A DNA stretch of 63,862 bases, the filler included, from Octopus bimaculoides (lineage: Eukaryota), in assembly GCF_001194135.2 (NCBI RefSeq). It is 5 parts of 4 records of this genome, joined end to end, with 100 filler letters (N's around TTAATTAATTAA, not from the genome) between each part and the next. Parts side by side here need not be neighbours in the genome. Positions count along the whole stretch, not along the records: positions 36,084 to 46,750 come from NC_068988.1; positions 46,851 to 51,308 come from NC_068989.1; 3 more parts are not named here. One strand, written 5' to 3'. Below, piece by piece: positions 39,443 through 49,867 of the stretch. Under the pieces are notes generated by a model that was not told the origin of the DNA, did no database searches, and saw only the letters and a program-made list of their open reading frames with translations. How positions within the stretch are numbered: the first letter of the stretch is position 1; each line of letters opens with the position of its first letter. Both the position numbers and the translations under genes were made by a program.

Positions 39443-39496
39443 GGAATCGAACTCGGAATCTTGGGGTTAGTAGCCCGAGCTCTTAACCACTACGCC
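39443..39496 (-). promoter_or_regulatory. tRNA-type RNA polymerase III internal promoter (A and B boxes)
   Basis: Minus strand AGGCGTAGTGGTTAAG (A box, 39496-39481) and GAGTTCGATTCC (B box, to 39443) at tRNA-like spacing, followed by (AAT)n. Confidence 0.65.
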
Positions 39497-39529
39497 TTAT
39501 GCCCATGGGCAATTATGGAGTGAATTTTA

Positions 39530-39990
39530 GGGCTTCTCAATCTAATATTTTCCTATCCTTCCTTAATACCGGTTCCCATATGCTGCTCATATCTGCACTC
39601 GTGCTGCTTAGGAGGTTGTTGTGTCCTAGCATATGTGCTGCTTATTTTACTTTTCGTATTTTCCAGTGGTGTTCTCTGTCTATTAATTTAACTTCATCCC
39701 ACAGAGGGAGGTTGCCTCCAATTTTACATACATGGTTATCTATATCCGATTTATAAATATCTCTTCGGGTCACAGCTTTGCGATGTTCGTCTACCCTTAT
39801 CTTAAGGGGGTGGCATGTTTCGCTTTTGTATAACCTACCACAGCTGCATCAGATGGAGTACACTGCAGTCTTTGGTCATATTCTCATCTATTGGTGTTTT
39901 TACTCGGAGATATCTGCGAAGTGTTGTATTATTCTTGAATATTGTCCTGATGTCATATGCATCTGATCTTTTGTATCTTTTCGGGTCATC
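39530..39990 (-). mobile_element. Penelope-like element, GIY-YIG endonuclease and C-terminal fragment
   Basis: YDIRTIFKNNTTLRRYLRVKTPIDENMTK followed by frameshifted CSCGRLYKSETCHPLKIRVDEHRKAV. Homologous to the 45178-45621 copy. Confidence 0.75.
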
Positions 39991-39999
39991 GATGTAAGC

Positions 40000-40335
40000 C
40001 ATCACTCTTGGGTGTAGTTCGTTGTTCATTGTCATTAAGTTTCGTGTTCTACGGTCTATCTCTTGTAATTCATTCTTCTTCCAAGATACTATTCCTGCCC
40101 CGTATCTCATCAAAGCAAACGTCCAAGTGTTAATTGCTGCAATCTTATAGCGGTCATTTAGCTTCGGTTGGAGCACAAGCCGAGTTCTCCTCAAATATTC
40201 TTTCCACTACATTTGTTTTATCTTGTGTTCATTCTTTTTATTTCTTTCAATGATACCCAGGTACTTATAGCCTTCCTCTCCGATTTCCTTTATAGTTTCG
40301 ATACTTTCCAGCTTGATCCTATGGTTTTTACTGCT
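40000..40335 (-). mobile_element. R4/Dong-like LINE RT-thumb fragment
   Basis: EEGYKYLGIIE / RRTRLVLQPKLNDRYKIAAINTWTFALMRYGAGIVSW...NELHPR is homologous to the 15677-16147 translation. Confidence 0.75.
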
Positions 40336-40336
40336 T

Positions 40337-40368
<32 letters not shown>

Positions 40369-40411
40369 TATCATCATCATCATTATTATCATTAATATTA
40401 TTATTATTGTT

Positions 40412-41020
40412 CAGTAGTTTTATTTCTATAACGTGCTTTCACTTCACTACCGAGCGGAGCTCTGTGCACCTTGGGTATGTGCTGTGGTTTGCTGTGGTGC
40501 TCTTATGTTTACTGTATTGAAAGTGTTTTGCGTAGAATGTGTGCAGTACCCAGTAGTGCAATTTTCTGTATGTTATATATATTTGTAAGTCCTGGTATTT
40601 TTGTTATGTATTTNNNNNNNNNNNNNNNNNNNNNNNNNNNNNNNNNNNNNNNNNNNNNNNNNNNNNNNNNNNNNNNNNNNNNNNNNNNNNNNNNTTTAGA
40701 TTCCACATTCGAGTTATCTCTATTTCCAGGTCTTTGTATTTTGAAATTTTTTCTATTTCTTTTAGAGAAACGTTGTCATCTGCTGGTATTGATACATCAA
40801 TTAGAAAGCATTTTTTTTCTTCATGATCTTTGACAACTATATCTGGTCTATTTGCCTTAATTTCTCTATCTGTGTGTATTGGCATATCCCAGAGTATGGT
40901 TGCTTTCTCGTTTTCTGTGACCTTTTCTGGCGTGTGTTTATAGCATCTTTTTTCTGTTGTTATTCCATAGTGTTGGCATAGCTTCCAGTGTATATAGGTC
41001 CCAGCTCTGTCGTGTCTGTG
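40412..41020 (-). mobile_element. R4/Dong-like REL-LINE family A, copy 2
   Basis: Nearly identical to 14078-14625. Extends further 5' to RHDRAGTYIHWKLCQHYGI (end of the CCHC knuckle). 3' end abuts (TAA)n. Confidence 0.85.
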
Positions 41021-41299
41021 AATAATAATAATAATAATAATTATTATTATTATTATTACCAGTTACTTTCATCATTATTGTTATTACTGCCATCATCACC
41101 ATCACCACCGTTGCCGTTGTTGTAGCTGTCATTCCTAACGTCATTTCTATTTCTATAGTCCTCCTCGTTCGGTTTACCATCAGCATTAAATTTTACTTTC
41201 TTTCCATTGTTTTTTATGCCCTTATTAGTATTTCACATGCTATTTCGACTTCCATTCGCACCGTACTTACTATAACCCTTCCCATTTCTGGCTCTAGTC

Positions 41300-42400
41300 T
41301 ACTCGCTAGCGCCCTTACTATTAACGGTAGAGTTACGGGTAATTGTATTGCCAGTAATATTCATACATTCTTTCTAACGCTTGCTGTCTTACTGTTGAAT
41401 TTGATTTTCTTAATTCTTTTAATCTATGGTTTTTGTGGGGAACTATATTTTGTCAGATATTCCTTGTGGTGAGTAGGCAAATCTTACGGAATGTCGGTTA
41501 AACAATCTCTCATACCTGGGAAAGGTTTATCTAGGGCTGCGAGAAATTTCCTGAGAATATTAGTAGTGAACTGTACCCCAAATGGAGCGTTCAACCAGCT
41601 AGCTTCCGTAGAGTACTCTTTCTTTTCTTATATTGTGGAAATCTACTGTAATCTTTTCCTCACTGCATTATGCCGTTTACGTTTATTTTAATCTATGTTG
41701 TCTTTATAGCTACTGTAAATCCTATCACAATCTTTAACTCTGGTTGTCCAATTCAAGTATTTCCCTTTTCCTATTGAGGCTATCCTTCAGTGGGTGTCGT
41801 TTTTCTTTGTCTTCAATTGAATCTAAGATCTTATCCATTAGTCTATCCTTACGTTTGTGTTCCGTTAACGTGCTTGGTTTGCTATTTATGGGGAATGTCG
41901 CACACTCTGGCAGCCCAACCGTAAAGTTAATTTTATGTTTAATTTCTTATTACAGCGGTTACTCCTATAATTTCTAACCACTCAACTGTTACTTCTCTGG
42001 TTCGAATTTGAGTTACTTTTTGTAGATGAAGTGATATCATTATGCGTACGTGATTAGCCCTGGGAGATATATTTGATTTTCCGACTAAATGTCATGTTGT
42101 AGAATCCTTTGTTTCTTTTACAAATGCCCCCATTTGTCGACAGCCTACATATTCTAGCAGACACCCACAAAGGGATAGAGTTTATTATACTTTTCGAGTA
42201 GTCAGATCCTCTACTTACATACTTTAGGTTTTCATTTTGCTCATGGAAAGGGTGATGTAGTCCAGTGCTAAAGTCGAGCGAGGTATCCAGAAATTGACTT
42301 TACTATACGCCGTTACTATTGATAATTTAAATCCATCATCAAATAAATTCCGTTTAAGGGAGACAACCCTAATAATATTATTAATTATAACAATCAAGTA
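41300..42400 (-). mobile_element. Penelope-like RT thumb and linker, decayed, head-to-head with the 42575 copy
   Basis: VNF(L)DTSLDFSTGLHHPF / NENLKYVSRGSDYSKSIINSIP, and later WLNAPFGVQFTTNILRKFLAALDKPFP..FNRHSVRFAYS. Confidence 0.6.
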
Positions 42401-42574
42401 ATACAAATGATTGATCACTGGTAATAAATTAAATTCAAAACTAATGGTAATCTATATATTTATCTCTAGAAACTTTAGTAAATAAATACAAATATACAAT
42501 TAGATTATTAGTAAAAAAAAAATCATACAGTTACTACACAATAGTAACTAAATGTTCAAATACTGAGTAAAAAT

Positions 42575-43500
42575 ATTATGGATATGTACATTACAACAAT
42601 TGTTGGTAAGTTGAGGTTAAATTTGTGGTCGAATACAAACCAAGTCATCGGGTGGCTTAATTCTATTGAGGACAAGAAAAATATTAAATTCATTCAATTT
42701 GATATAGCTAATTTTTATGCAACCATTAACCCGATCATATTGAATAAGGCGCTATGGTTTATTCATAATAAGGCAGGGCTTACTAGAGTAGAAATTAAAG
42801 TGATATTAGCTGCTAGGAAGTCTTTTATTAGTTTTAATGATAAAGTATGGCTACGTAAGGATACACCGGATGCTTTCGATGTCCGCACAAATAGCTGATA
42901 TTGTAGGTTCTTTTATTTTTTATGAATTGGATGATCAATTTCCTATGATTAGGGGGGGGGGTGTCTCTATAGGGATGATTGTTTTCTATATATTAGGAAT
43001 AGCNNNNNNNNNNGATTAGGGGGGGGGGTGTCTCTATAGGGATGATTGTTTTCTATATATTAGGAATAGCTCCAACCAACAATTACAGAGACTTAAAGGT
43101 AGATTGGTTAGACTTTTTCGTAGAATGAGGATGAATATTATTTATGAAGACGATATTTCTTTAGCTAATTTCTTAGATGTGACATTAGAGGATACATATA
43201 GACCATATCATAAACCTTCCACTAACCTGAAATATATCAGTAAGTGGAGGAATCATCCTAGAAAAATTATCGATAATGTAGTAAGAAATATTTCATTAAG
43301 ACTTTCTAAATTATCCGCAAATGATATGGTTTTTGATAACGAAGCTCAATTCTATAATTTGGCATTAAATAGGGCAGGATACAAAGAGAAGGTTTACTAT
43401 GCCAAACCTGATTGTAACAATATTAAGACAGCTATGAATTATAAGAATAATAAGTGTAAGAATAAGTTAAGAGGAAATAAAGAAATAAACCCAGAGATAT
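42575..43500 (+). mobile_element. Penelope-like element reverse transcriptase, disrupted
   Basis: FIQFDIANFYATI, W.RKD...FDV, GLYRDD, NFLDVTL, YRPYHKP..LKYIS..NHP are PLE-type RT motifs. Confidence 0.8.
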
Positions 43501-43859
43501 TCATAAACGTAACATAGGTAATTCAAATTTTTAAAGAATATAACATGATGACTGTCTGCTTTTTGTTAATAAAACATCTGAGTTAATGTTATAAAATAGT
43601 ACTTTTTGTTACAAGGACAAGTTATTTGTGTTATCTATCAAGTAGCTATTGGAACAGCAACAGGGTTTACAATTGTATGCATACTTCCTTTTCACATATC
43701 TCTACTTACACAAGTATATATGAGTACATAGATTTGTTAGTATGGATGTGCTGATGCACATCTACCTGATAACATATAAACATTTATTGTTTATACATTA
43801 TGCTACTGCTTCAGTAATGAGTGTTAAAAAATTGCAATTAGGACTATTTCAGCTAAGTA

Positions 43860-44090
43860 TTGAAAAAGAACGAGTTCAGCAGCAATAAAAATTAATGATG
43901 TGGAAGGCGTAGGAACTGTCAACAAACGTGTGACGCAAAACTGGCTCAGAGGTTTCAAGAAATGTGACACCAGCTTTGAAGGTAAATCAAATCAGGGAGA
44001 CCGTCTGTTATAGAAGATGAAGCCTTGCTTGAAATGGCTGAAAAACAGACAAGCACGACCAAAGCACGATGATTGCGTGTTTCAATGCAA
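43860..44090 (+). mobile_element. Decayed mariner N-terminal (HTH) fragment
   Basis: Translates to KINDVEGVGTVNKRVTQNWLRGFKKCDTSFEGK.. / RPSVIEDEALLEMAEKQ, matching the mariner HTH consensus (I..V.G...V..R..Q.WF..F..GD.SLED..R.GRP). Confidence 0.6.
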
Positions 44091-44499
44091 TCCTTCAGAT
44101 TCAAATGTACAGCATGGCAGTGCTGGAGAAAAATGAGAAAGGACCATAATCTTCGAAAGGAAAAAAATGAGAAGACCAGAAGAAATTAACTAGAAAAAGT
44201 GAAGTGAGGAAAAAGAAAACATTAACAAACTTAAAAACGAAACAGAAAATCGGGAGCTGCGTCTCTTTGGCTAGTTTGCAACAAAGTTGATATTGTTGGA
44301 GAAATAGAAATTCGTTAAGTTTGTGAGATTGTATGCTTAATACGAAGAGGGTATTGCTAACTAGTTCAATAAATGAATTTTGTCATGATTCAGTAAAAGT
44401 TTAATATCTACAATTTAATATGTCAGTCGAATACTCAGATCTAAAAAATATGCAATTTTTTAGCTAAACAAAAATGTATCTCTTTATATAGGTATCTTT

Positions 44500-44930
44500 T
44501 ATACTATAGACTCAAAATCTAAGTCCGCATATCACGGCGTTGGTCTATACTATAATGATGGTTTAGGCATGTGTGATGGTTTGAAACTTTGGAAAAAATG
44601 TCATATATATTTTAGTCAATTAGGCCTGAAAGCACTACAACTAACCTCTCCAAATCAACGTCTTAGATGTTTCCTAAGACTTAAACATGTATCTTATAAA
44701 TTCTATCATAAACCGAATGAAAACTTCACCTATATACATGAACTGGCTTATCTCTCCGTCATAGTCAAAAATATTGTAGTCTATAACAGCAATAGAATAT
44801 CTAATCTCATGTCCTCTAGAGAAATATTCAATAACGCAGCGGCCTACTATAATAATGTTGTAGTTGAGGGTGGCTTGAAAGTTAGAATAACTTACAAGTT
44901 TATATCTATGAATATAAAATATAAGATGCA
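44500..44930 (+). mobile_element. Third decayed PLE RT fragment
   Basis: GVGLYYNDGLG, FSQLGLK, NVLDVSL, YKFYHKPNENFTYIH are homologous to 42575-43500. Confidence 0.6.
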
Positions 44931-45159
44931 GGAAGATTATAAGGTTTGTCCCCACATTCCCTTTGAATGTTATGATTAAAGTGAGTTGTCGTTTCCTCGC
45001 CTTATTTGATAAGCATTTCCTATGTTAACACAGACACACACACACACACACACACANNNNNNNNNNNNNNNNNNNNNNNNNNNNNNNNNNNNNNNNNNNN
45101 NNNNNNNNNNNNNNNNNNNNNNNNNNNNNNNNNNNNNNNNNNNNNNNNNNNNNNNNCTT

Positions 45160-45620
45160 TCTTTTAGGTTTTGTATTTTACAGTGCTGTTCTCTGTCTAT
45201 TATTTTTAACTTCATCCCACAGCGAGAAGTGGTCTCCATTTTTCCATACATGTACAGCTATACCCGATTTATCGATATCTCCTCGTGTCACAGCTTTGCG
45301 ATGTTCCTGTTCCTTTACCCTTATTTCGAGGGGGTGGCATTTTTCGCCTTTGTATAACCTACCACAGCTGCATGGGGTGGAATATAGGTAGTTTTTGTTC
45401 ATATTCTCTTCTATTGGTGGTTTTTCCCGAAGGAGATATTTGCGAAGTGTTGTATAACTCTTGAATATAGTCCTAATGTTATATGTGCCACATTTCTGTT
45501 GTATCTTTTCGGAGAGGCCTTTCACATAGGGTAGACAGACTGTAGACAGTTTATTTGTTGCATCCACTCTTTTCTTCATAATTGGAGTAGATAATATGTT
45601 TTGGAGGTAGTTTTCCCTCA
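45160..45620 (-). mobile_element. Penelope-like element, GIY-YIG endonuclease fragment
   Basis: VCLPYVKGLSEKIQ...YLYSTPCSCGRLYKGEKCHPLEIRVKEQEH...SGIAVHVW is the typical PLE linker plus GIY-YIG. Confidence 0.8.
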
Positions 45621-45639
45621 CCTGCTAACACAGCCACCT

Positions 45640-46100
45640 ACACCTCAAATGCACCATTTCCCGAGCATTCCGGCGATTTCAGTCCAACACCTCTACCTCA
45701 TATCTACCTCTTCTCTCATTCAAACGAGCCCAAAACTTGTGTAAGCACCTAATCCACAGTTTATTCCGCATCCCCGCCTCCCAGAGCGGCTCCTTGCCTT
45801 GCTCCCTCCCACGTACACACCTCTAGCTGTCTTTACCATATCACCGACTCCTTTACCTGCAGTTCTAGTATTGTAATTTACTGAACTTCATGCTCACTCT
45901 ATCCTTCCTTGTACATTGGTCAAACGGGATGCCACTTGGTGACCGGTTGGAGGAGCACCTCCGCGACATCAGACTCAACAATGACAACCCGGCCCCGTTC
46001 CACTTACGCTCTTCCGGTCATTCGCTAAAATATCTGTGTTCGGACTGTGTCTGCACAGGGGCCACCCTGTCTCCCGTCTTCAGAATGAACATCTCCCTCT
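45640..46100 (+). mobile_element. Penelope-like element of a different family, GIY-YIG fragment
   Basis: SSSIVIY*TSCSLYPSLYIGQTG / LGDRLEEHLRDIRLNNDNP...HLRSSGHS contains the VIY...LYIGQT..L..R..EH motifs. Confidence 0.7.
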
Positions 46101-46429
46101 GACTACACACCTACATACTGCCCCCTCAGTACTCTCACCACACACGCACCACTATACACACACTCACAATACCTTCCCACTCCACTCACACTGGGACTGA
46201 CCACCTCCCAGCACCCACGCCACATACCATTATCCACACACCCACAGTCTTTAATAGCGTTAGCACACATATCGTTCTTCGAACAGCCACACACACTGTT
46301 TAACTCAGTACACACACTGCGCAGCATCACGAACATTCCCACATCAATACAAGCACATAATACCTGAACTCAGACATTATATAATCCCGCACTCACACAA
46401 GGTCATAATACATGAAGACAGGCAACACA

Positions 46430-46528
<99 letters not shown>

Positions 46529-46850
46529 TACACGCAACACACGTCACACTCACTCACTCCTATTCGCACATACATACTCATACATACCATTCTTACTTAC
46601 ACACACACGCTTGCGCACCTCAGTTTGTTGAGATCACTATTATTATCTCCCTCTGATTCAACTTCTTTTCTCCCAGTCCTCTCACCATGTTGAACCGCTG
46701 AACATTACACAGCTTTTCTCTCACCGTTCTGTTTTTTTCATTCTCTCTACNNNNNNNNNNNNNNNNNNNNNNNNNNNNNNNNNNNNNNNNNNNNTTAATT
46801 AATTAANNNNNNNNNNNNNNNNNNNNNNNNNNNNNNNNNNNNNNNNNNNN

Positions 46851-46914
<64 letters not shown>

Positions 46915-47880
46915 ATATGTGAGTGTGTGTATGTGTGTGTGTGTGCATGCTTATAGCGAAAGGTGTGGTTGGTTGTGTTTTCCTAAGTTTTGTGTGTAGT
47001 TGTGTAGTTGTTGTTGTCATTATTTTTGTTATTGTTCAATCGTATGATCAAAACCAATCATTTAGTGACCATCCCATCTTATGATTACGAGTGTCAAATC
47101 CAGTATGACATTCGTCTATTTGTCCTAAACGGAGGGGGTTGATCTGGGTGCTATTTCTAGCATATCGAACGTCCATGGTAAGTTTTTTCGTTGCGTGGAT
47201 GTATATGTACATGTGCATGTGGTGTGCGTGCGTGTATAATTGTGATGAGTTTTGTGTGTGTGTGCGAATGTGTATGAATGTGTGTGTGCGTGTGTGTGTC
47301 TGTGTGTATGCATGAGGTATTTGTTAGTTACACGTGTGTGTGTTTGCAGTAGTGTATGTGTATATTTTCAGTTTTGCTCTTTTTCTTTCTTTGTGGTCAA
47401 CTTAATATTGTGGACGCCATTTTAAAGCGCAGTCGACCGTCAATCAAACATGGCGAATGTTCGTTCCTATTCTACTGCTCTTCTTTCTCTTCCCCCTTCG
47501 CTTTCCCTTTCTCCATCCCCCTCTCTCTTTCTTCATTCCTCTCTCTTTTTCTCACGTTTCTTTCTTTCACACTTACTGCCCTCCTCGCTATATAGATGCA
47601 CAAATATTGAGAGAAGGAGGCTGACAAATACATCCATTCACAAGCGTGTGTCTGTATACAATGAGTACCGAAAGACAGAAATATCTGCGCATGTGCAGTG
47701 CATGATTATATGTGTTCTGTGCATTTTAGAAAGTACTTCTGCAATATTTACTGATTTGTGGTTTTTTTAATGTCTGATGACGCCATTTTAATGATGACGC
47801 GAGCTGCAGAGGGAGAGAGGGAATTAATTACAAACCATTAGACTCCTACTTCACCTATTACTTTCGTCTCAATCCATCAC

Positions 47881-47915
<35 letters not shown>

Positions 47916-48034
47916 GTGCATACATACATATATACATACATACACACACACACACACACGCACACACACACACACACANNNNNNNNNNNNNNNNNNNNNN
48001 NNNNNNNNNNNNNNNNNNNNNNNNNNTATATATA

Positions 48035-49106
48035 TCAGGTCATCCCATAAGTTCTGTCCGAATTTTGAATAAAGAAAACAAGTGATCAGATGTTATATTT
48101 AATTGAAATTTAATCATCAATGTACTTTCCCTGATTATCTATGACTCCCTCCAATCTATTTACAAGCTTTTTAACCCCATCAATGTAAAACTCTTTTGGT
48201 TTCAAAGCGAAGAACTCTGAAATGTCAGTTTCGACCTCCTCCTGGCTTGCGAAAGTCATGTCTACCAAATGATTCTGTAAACTACGAAACAAATGGTAGC
48301 CTGAAGGAGCAAGGTCGGGAAAATAAGGTGGATGAGGAATTTTTTCCCAACCAAGCTCTTCGATCTTCTGTGATGTGATCTTTGCAGTGTGGGGTCGTGC
48401 ATTGTCCTGATGAAACATTACTCCTTTTCGATTCACTAAAGCGAGTCTTTTTTCTTCAAAGCTTGGGTTCAAACGCTCTAATTACTGACAGTAGACTTGA
48501 GCATTGATTGTTGCATTAGGTGGTAACAATTCAAAGTGAATTACTCCTTTGCAATCCCACCAGATAGAAAGAAGAACCTTTTTTCCATGAAGTTACCTTC
48601 TCGGTTGTGGTTGAATTTTTTTCCCTTTTACGACGTTTACCATTTCGAAGGAAGTTCCAATTTTCGTCACCAGTCACAAGTCTATCCAAAAAGGGTGAAA
48701 TGAGTTCGCGTGAATGGAGAGAAGAGCATATGTCAACTCGGGATTTGCGGTTACTTTCGGACAATTCATGAGGCACCCATTTTCCAAGTTTAGGAACTTT
48801 TCCAAGTTGTTGAAGATGACGATGAACAGTTGTATGGTTTGAACTAAGCTTTATTGCCAATTCTTCAACTGATAATGCAGGATTTTCTTCAAGTAATGCC
48901 TTAAGGAGCTTATCATCAAACTCAACTGGATGTCCTGTTCGATCTTCATCTTCAAGGCTGGAATCTCCACTTCTGAATTTTGCAAACCATCTTCTGCAAG
49001 TTCTTTCATTCAAGCATCCTTTCCCATAAACTGAGAGTATCTTTCGAGTAGCTTCGGCTGCAGCGTTTCCTTTTTTGTACTCATAAAGCATTATGGGATT
49101 ACCTGA
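48035..49106 (-). mobile_element. Mariner (Tc1/mariner, DD34D) transposon, frameshifted and internally deleted
   Basis: ORF 48531-49091 encodes HTH domains and GKWVPHEL...LVTGDENW. ORF 48110-48472 encodes MFHQDNARPH...HPPYFPDLAPSGYHLF. Terminal inverted repeats TCAGGTCATCCCATAA and TTATGGGATTACCTGA are each flanked by TA. Confidence 0.92.
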
Positions 49107-49617
49107 TATATATATACGTCTTTGTTTTTTTTCTTTTCTTTTTCTCTCCCTCCTCTTTACACTAAGACGTTTTATGCGCGTGCTTGTATTGCGTCAAAGA
49201 TGTATATGTGTATTTGTGTATATATTTATGTATGTCTAAATATGTATATAACTAAATACATGCATCTGTATTTTTCGTGTATATATGTATATTATAGATG
49301 GTGTAGTATGCGTATATACTGCTGGAAAAATATTTATCTAATATAAGCGTGAAATTTTTAATTTTAATTTTAATGTATTAAATGACTTATATTTCATATA
49401 TGATTATTTACCATAACGTATTTGGAATCTGTCCTTTGATTTAAGGTTTTCTTCGATTTTACAATAAGATGAATTTATACTATATTTATTTTGTTCATTG
49501 CATGCTTAAGACTGTTAGTTGAAAGGACCAATGAAACAAAACCATTTTAAAAGGTGTATCCTTTAAACTAGTTGTTTGGTATTGTTTGATTATATCGTCA
49601 TTTCTGTTCCATTCTAA

Positions 49618-49666
49618 CAAAACAGTCCGACGAACGGGAACGTGAAACTCTGAGTAACAGTTTTTG
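49618..49666 (+). ncRNA. Type I hammerhead ribozyme motif, core mutated (U4>C)
   Basis: CAAAACAGU CCGACGA ACG-GGAA-CGU GAA ACUC-U-GAGU A | ACAGUUUUUG. All three stems form, and stem III is near-palindromic. Confidence 0.7.
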
Positions 49667-49819
49667 TGATATTTCTGCTGCTTTTGAATAAAGTATATAT
49701 ATATGTGTGTGTATAAAATTTTATTGTAATAATTACTTCTTTATTCCCTATAGTGAGCTTCATTTCATATATATGCTATATTGACTAAATACACACACAC
49801 ACGCACACACACACACACG

Positions 49820-49867
<48 letters not shown>

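Noticed and set aside
39835-40194. 119-aa ORF fusing an R4/Dong RT-thumb segment to a PLE linker
   Set aside because: The in-frame join near 40000 is the boundary of two decayed insertions, and both sides are disrupted nearby. It is not a novel chimeric protein.
42947-43070. 57-bp direct duplication inside the PLE RT
   Set aside because: The copies flank a 10-N gap at a G homopolymer, the typical pattern of an unmerged contig overlap.
41300-43500. Divergent PLE pieces as a single twin-primed (5'-inverted) insertion
   Set aside because: Both pieces contain the same RT thumb region (NFLD..L, LKY) and are highly diverged, so they are separate copies.
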